64,000 nucleotides of DNA from Xylographa opegraphella (taxonomy: Eukaryota), in assembly GCA_022813865.1 (NCBI GenBank), contig JALDZX010000019.1, forward strand, positions 248,001-312,000. Direction: 5' to 3'. Positions 63,219-64,000 of this stretch are shown here, in pieces. The notes beneath the pieces are model-generated. The model was given only the letters and a program-made list of their open reading frames with translations, searched no databases and was not told where the DNA came from. The translations under genes and the position numbers were made by a program. The number at the start of each line of letters is the position of its first letter. Within the stretch, counting starts at the first letter, position 1.

Positions 63219-64000
63219 TCACTGAACCATACCCAATGCTCGCTGCGCACTGTTCACGCCCTGTCTGAACCCGTGCTCCCACTCCCACACAAAGTCCCCC
63301 GCCCCCAACTGCCTGAGCCTTTTCAAGATCCACAAGTCGAGAAGCCCGATCTTATCGGCCCCTTGCTTCGTTCCTCGTATGCCGTGCTTGAGCCTCATTT
63401 CCCAGAACACGACCGCGTCCTGGAACCCAAGCTCCCAGCCCTCTTCGAAGCGCCAGTGCTCGAACTCCTGCCACGGTGCAGTCTGGTGCCAATACTCCGT
63501 GTGTCCGTCGACATCTTTACGCTTCAAGAACGCTTTATGTTCAAGCGCATGCGATCTTCGAGCCCTCACGTCCGCAAAGTCAAGCGTCAGATACTTGGGC
63601 ACGGCGATTGCTTTCACGCCATTCATGTGCAGGAAATTCCACGCATGACCAACGTCCCCATCCATGTTCGTGGACCAGAAGAATGATCCGCTGGCTCTTT
63701 CGTGCCATGTTTTTGACTGCGCCAACACGAACTGTCGCTGGAGCTCGTTTCGGTCCGCAGCCGACGACCATGCCCAAGTCTCCGGGTCTAGCGCACCGCT
63801 CCATTCTCCTACCACACAGCCGTAAGCTCCTTTGTCAACCACACTATTGCCCCTTGATAGAAGTTCATGTAGCTCATTTTCTACTCGGTGAATAATATCG
63901 ACCGGCGTCTGAGCTCTGTCTGCAGCCGTGAAGCAGTAGTATTTATGCGTGTCAACCACAACAGGCGGTAGCAGCGGTTGGTTGATGGTATTAATACTAG
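63219..64000 (-). CDS. Glycoside hydrolase family 5 (exo-1,3-beta-glucanase-like), 3' part; starts beyond the right edge
   Basis: VVDTHKYYCF, VVGEWSGAL (nucleophile Glu), GSFFW; frame open to the window edge. Confidence 0.85.
   Translation of the reverse strand, partial: SINTINQPLLPPVVVDTHKYYCFTAADRAQTPVDIIHRVENELHELLSRGNSVVDKGAYGCVVGEWSGALDPETWAWSSAADRNELQRQFVLAQSKTWHERASGSFFWSTNMDGDVGHAWNFLHMNGVKAIAVPKYLTLDFADVRARRSHALEHKAFLKRKDVDGHTEYWHQTAPWQEFEHWRFEEGWELGFQDAVVFWEMRLKHGIRGTKQGADKIGLLDLWILKRLRQLGAGDFVWEWEHGFRQGVNSAQRALGMVQ

Overview
Gene-dense, intron-containing DNA from a filamentous ascomycete (Pezizomycotina; short GT-AG introns with CTRAC branch points, typical TEF1 structure). About 27 genes are supported: TOP3 (5' part), a DUF1295 membrane protein, the AFG3/YTA12 m-AAA protease, PHO88, a CorA-like protein, a Nudix hydrolase, a TRI12-like MFS transporter, a (6-4) photolyase/cryptochrome, EFR3, an ankyrin protein, NSE3, a GST, RPC11, an NT-C2 protein, a RAD51 paralog, SLS1, a fungal TF-like protein, SPP1, SEC39, TEF1, a GH5 glucanase (3' part) and several orphans. 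I found no tRNA, rRNA, CRISPR array or transposase. The most unusual stretch is about 18.85-21.56 kb, a + strand, apparently spliced, decayed locus built from nested repeats. It holds a duplicated ~450-bp block, four ~200-bp exon+intron cassettes with RIP-like mutations, a consensus intron, and six ~85-bp units. Each 85-bp unit pairs a ~16-bp hairpin (mostly GAAA-capped, with pairing-preserving substitutions) with a four-tract G-quadruplex motif. Also notable: GC-rich genes whose sense strand switches from C-rich (5') to G-rich (3'), a CAG/TAG tandem acceptor in TOP3, a GST intron bounded by a 9-bp direct repeat, and hairpins inside RPC11 and TEF1 introns. All gene names come from motif recognition by eye; no database search or folding program was run.
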